From assembly GCA_963782915.1 (NCBI GenBank), contig CAWALK010000024.1:64001-128000 (forward strand): a stretch of DNA of 64,000 nucleotides. The letters run 5' to 3'. Position numbers and translations under genes: made by a program. This stretch comes from an uncultured archaeon. Lineage in GTDB: Archaea; Thermoproteota; Bathyarchaeia; Bathyarchaeales; Bathycorpusculaceae. Positions 62,255 to 64,000 of the stretch are shown here, piece by piece; the stretch's first letter is position 1; every line of letters starts with the position of its first letter. The notes below the pieces were generated by a model, which was given only the letters and a program-made list of their open reading frames with translations, did not search any database and had not been told where the DNA came from.

Positions 62255-62578
62255 TTATTCGCCGCCCTCGTGTTCCTTGCCGGCTTGAATCAGTCGTCGA
62301 ACTCTTTGCCCACCTCTGTGGCCTGCTTCTTCTAGGCTAGTTTTGCCTTCTGCCTCTGCTGAGCCTTCGTGTTGTTTGGCACGTTCGGAGCCTCCTTTGC
62401 TGCCGATTTCACTGTAGAATTCTGGGCCTCGCTCAGATGAGACTTTTTCTCCTCCTTTGCGGCCGATTTCTTCGTAGAATTCTCGTCCATGGGTGGAAGC
62501 TGTTTTTTGTCCTCCTTTGCGGCCTGCTTCAGCAACGGTCATTTTGCCCTTTCTAGCTTCTTCAGTTCGTGTACTCAA
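62255..62578 (-). CDS. KGG-repeat hydrophilin (longest copy)
   Basis: MTVAEAGRKGG, two EFY.EIG.KGG units, SLEEAGHRGG. Confidence 0.9.
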   Translation of the reverse strand: MSTRTEEARKGKMTVAEAGRKGGQKTASTHGREFYEEIGRKGGEKVSSERGPEFYSEIGSKGGSERAKQHEGSAEAEGKTSLEEAGHRGGQRVRRLIQAGKEHEGGE

Positions 62579-62637
62579 AAAATTCACCTCCTACTATACT
62601 ACGGAAAAGTAAACAAGAATAGTGCCGAAAGACCGCT

Positions 62638-62650
62638 CATAAACATATGT
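62638..62650 (-). promoter_or_regulatory. ACATAT-TATA promoter motif
   Basis: Minus strand ACATATGTTTATG, 67 nt upstream of the start at 62578. Confidence 0.55.
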
Positions 62651-62808
62651 TGTTGTCGCATGGCAGTAACATGCGAACTGTGCCCCAAGAAAATCATTCC
62701 TTTATGGATTAAATAGACATAAAATTGCTTACGGCATGTTTGTTGAGGTATGCATGGCATTTGGGTAACTTAAATATCTCGGGCTTGTCAACTAAATAGT
62801 CACCTGGT

Positions 62809-64000
62809 ATGCCGATGAAGATTCTCCTCATCAATCCGCCGCAGACGTTTTATCCGGGTTCGGAGCCGCCCGCAGGCAACTTGCCCATTGGTTTAATGTA
62901 TATAGCGGCTGTGCTTCAAAAAGCCGGGTATCAGGTTGAGATTTTGGATGCTTTCTTTGCCGGCGCAGACTTTGAGAGCACTGATGAAAATCTAACTGTT
63001 GGGTTATCGTTTGAGCAAATTAAAGAGGAGATTAAAAACCGCAGACCAGACATCGTTGGTATAGCTGGACCTTTCACTTGCCAAATAGGAAACGCCATCG
63101 AAACCAGCAGGGTAATCAAAGAGGTTAACCCAAACATCCTAACCGTCTTGGGTGGCCCCCATGTGACGTTGGTTCCCCGAGATGTTCTCCAAGAGGCCAA
63201 AACCATTGATATAGCGGTGACTGGTGAAGGGGAATACGCCATGTTTGAAATCGCCCAGCACCACGAAGGTAAAAAGGCGCTGAATGAAATCAAAGGTATA
63301 GCCTACAGAAAAGGCGAAGATATAATCGTCAATGAACGCAGGCCTTTTCTGGTTAACCTCGATGAGTTGCCATATCCCGCTTACGATTTAGTTGACATGG
63401 AAAAGTATCTTAGCCCAAGCAAGATTGGCTACCGCAGCTTCCAAGACCGAGCGATTTCGATGATTACAAGTCGTGGTTGCCCGTTTAACTGCTGCTTCTG
63501 CGCAGTGCATCTCCATATGGGACAGGGTTTTAGGGCACATTCATCCAAATACGTCTTGGACCACATCCAATATGTAGTCGAGAAATACAAAGTCAAGAAC
63601 ATCTTTTTTGAAGATGACAACTTAACCCTCGACTTAAAACGCTTCGAAGCCATCTGCGACGGCATAATCCAGCGCAAAATCAAAATCGGATGGGAAACCC
63701 CCAACGGCGTCCGCGCAGACTGCCTAAACTTGGAATTGCTAAAGAAGATGAAGCAGTCAGGCGCCAACAGCATATTCGTCGGCGTCGAATCTGGAGACCA
63801 GCAAATCCTCGACAAAGTGGTCTGCAAAAGCTTAGACCTCAACAAAGTGGTCGAGTTCGCTAAGAACAGTCAAGAAATCGGATTAAAAACGGGCGCATTC
63901 TACATTATCGGGTTCCCCGGCGAAACAAAGCAGAATATGCAGAACACCGTCGATTTCGCGCTTAATCTGAAGCGCAAATACGATGTGGGTATGCACTTGT
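62809..64000 (+). CDS. Cobalamin-binding radical SAM protein (runs off the 3' end; absent from the ORF track)
   Basis: KILLINPP, PIGLMYIAA, GGPHVT, GEGE, LDELPYP, TSRGCPFNCCFC, FEDDN, GVESG, IIGFPGET. Confidence 0.92.
   Translation, partial: MPMKILLINPPQTFYPGSEPPAGNLPIGLMYIAAVLQKAGYQVEILDAFFAGADFESTDENLTVGLSFEQIKEEIKNRRPDIVGIAGPFTCQIGNAIETSRVIKEVNPNILTVLGGPHVTLVPRDVLQEAKTIDIAVTGEGEYAMFEIAQHHEGKKALNEIKGIAYRKGEDIIVNERRPFLVNLDELPYPAYDLVDMEKYLSPSKIGYRSFQDRAISMITSRGCPFNCCFCAVHLHMGQGFRAHSSKYVLDHIQYVVEKYKVKNIFFEDDNLTLDLKRFEAICDGIIQRKIKIGWETPNGVRADCLNLELLKKMKQSGANSIFVGVESGDQQILDKVVCKSLDLNKVVEFAKNSQEIGLKTGAFYIIGFPGETKQNMQNTVDFALNLKRKYDVGMHL

Noticed and set aside
60268-62578. CRISPR-like regularly recurring DNA repeats
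   Set aside because: The repeats are protein-coding KGG units with variable spacing and synonymous differences; there are no unique spacers and no cas genes.
62931-63845. Minus-strand ORFs at the window end
   Set aside because: Shadows of the plus-strand B12-binding radical SAM gene that runs off the window.

Overview
64 kb of an archaeal chromosome, most likely class Bathyarchaeia (inferred from the hflX-trm56-tfe-HD-DUF2110 block, the long-form hisG operon, RHH/V4R-like paralogs and abundant secreted beta-helix/PQQ-repeat proteins). Many clearly conserved genes (tfe, ino1, hisH, copA, acdA and others) are broken by single-base indels, which looks like uncorrected long-read error, so split ORFs are merged here and their coordinates are approximate. 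Content by region: housekeeping genes (0-3.4 kb); surface and membrane proteins plus tRNA-Val (4-16.5 kb); gcvH/NADH-oxidase-like pair, ino1, ribK, acdA, a HEPN-MNT toxin-antitoxin pair and the his operon (17.6-33.4 kb); a box C/D sRNA, initiator tRNA-Met and a ribophorin-I-like protein (34.5-38 kb). A ~23 kb copper/oxidative/desiccation stress cluster (39.9-62.6 kb) ends in an array of six GsiB/Em-like KGG hydrophilin genes plus a DUF2795 gene. Most interesting: the KGG array with a shared ACATAT-TATA promoter motif (candidate general-stress regulon), the ribophorin-I-like protein, a tandem Alba-fold protein lacking the DNA-binding basic residues, a tandem palindromic operator between two Cys-rich regulators, and two families of dispersed intergenic repeats. 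All family assignments are by motif recognition only; no searches were run.
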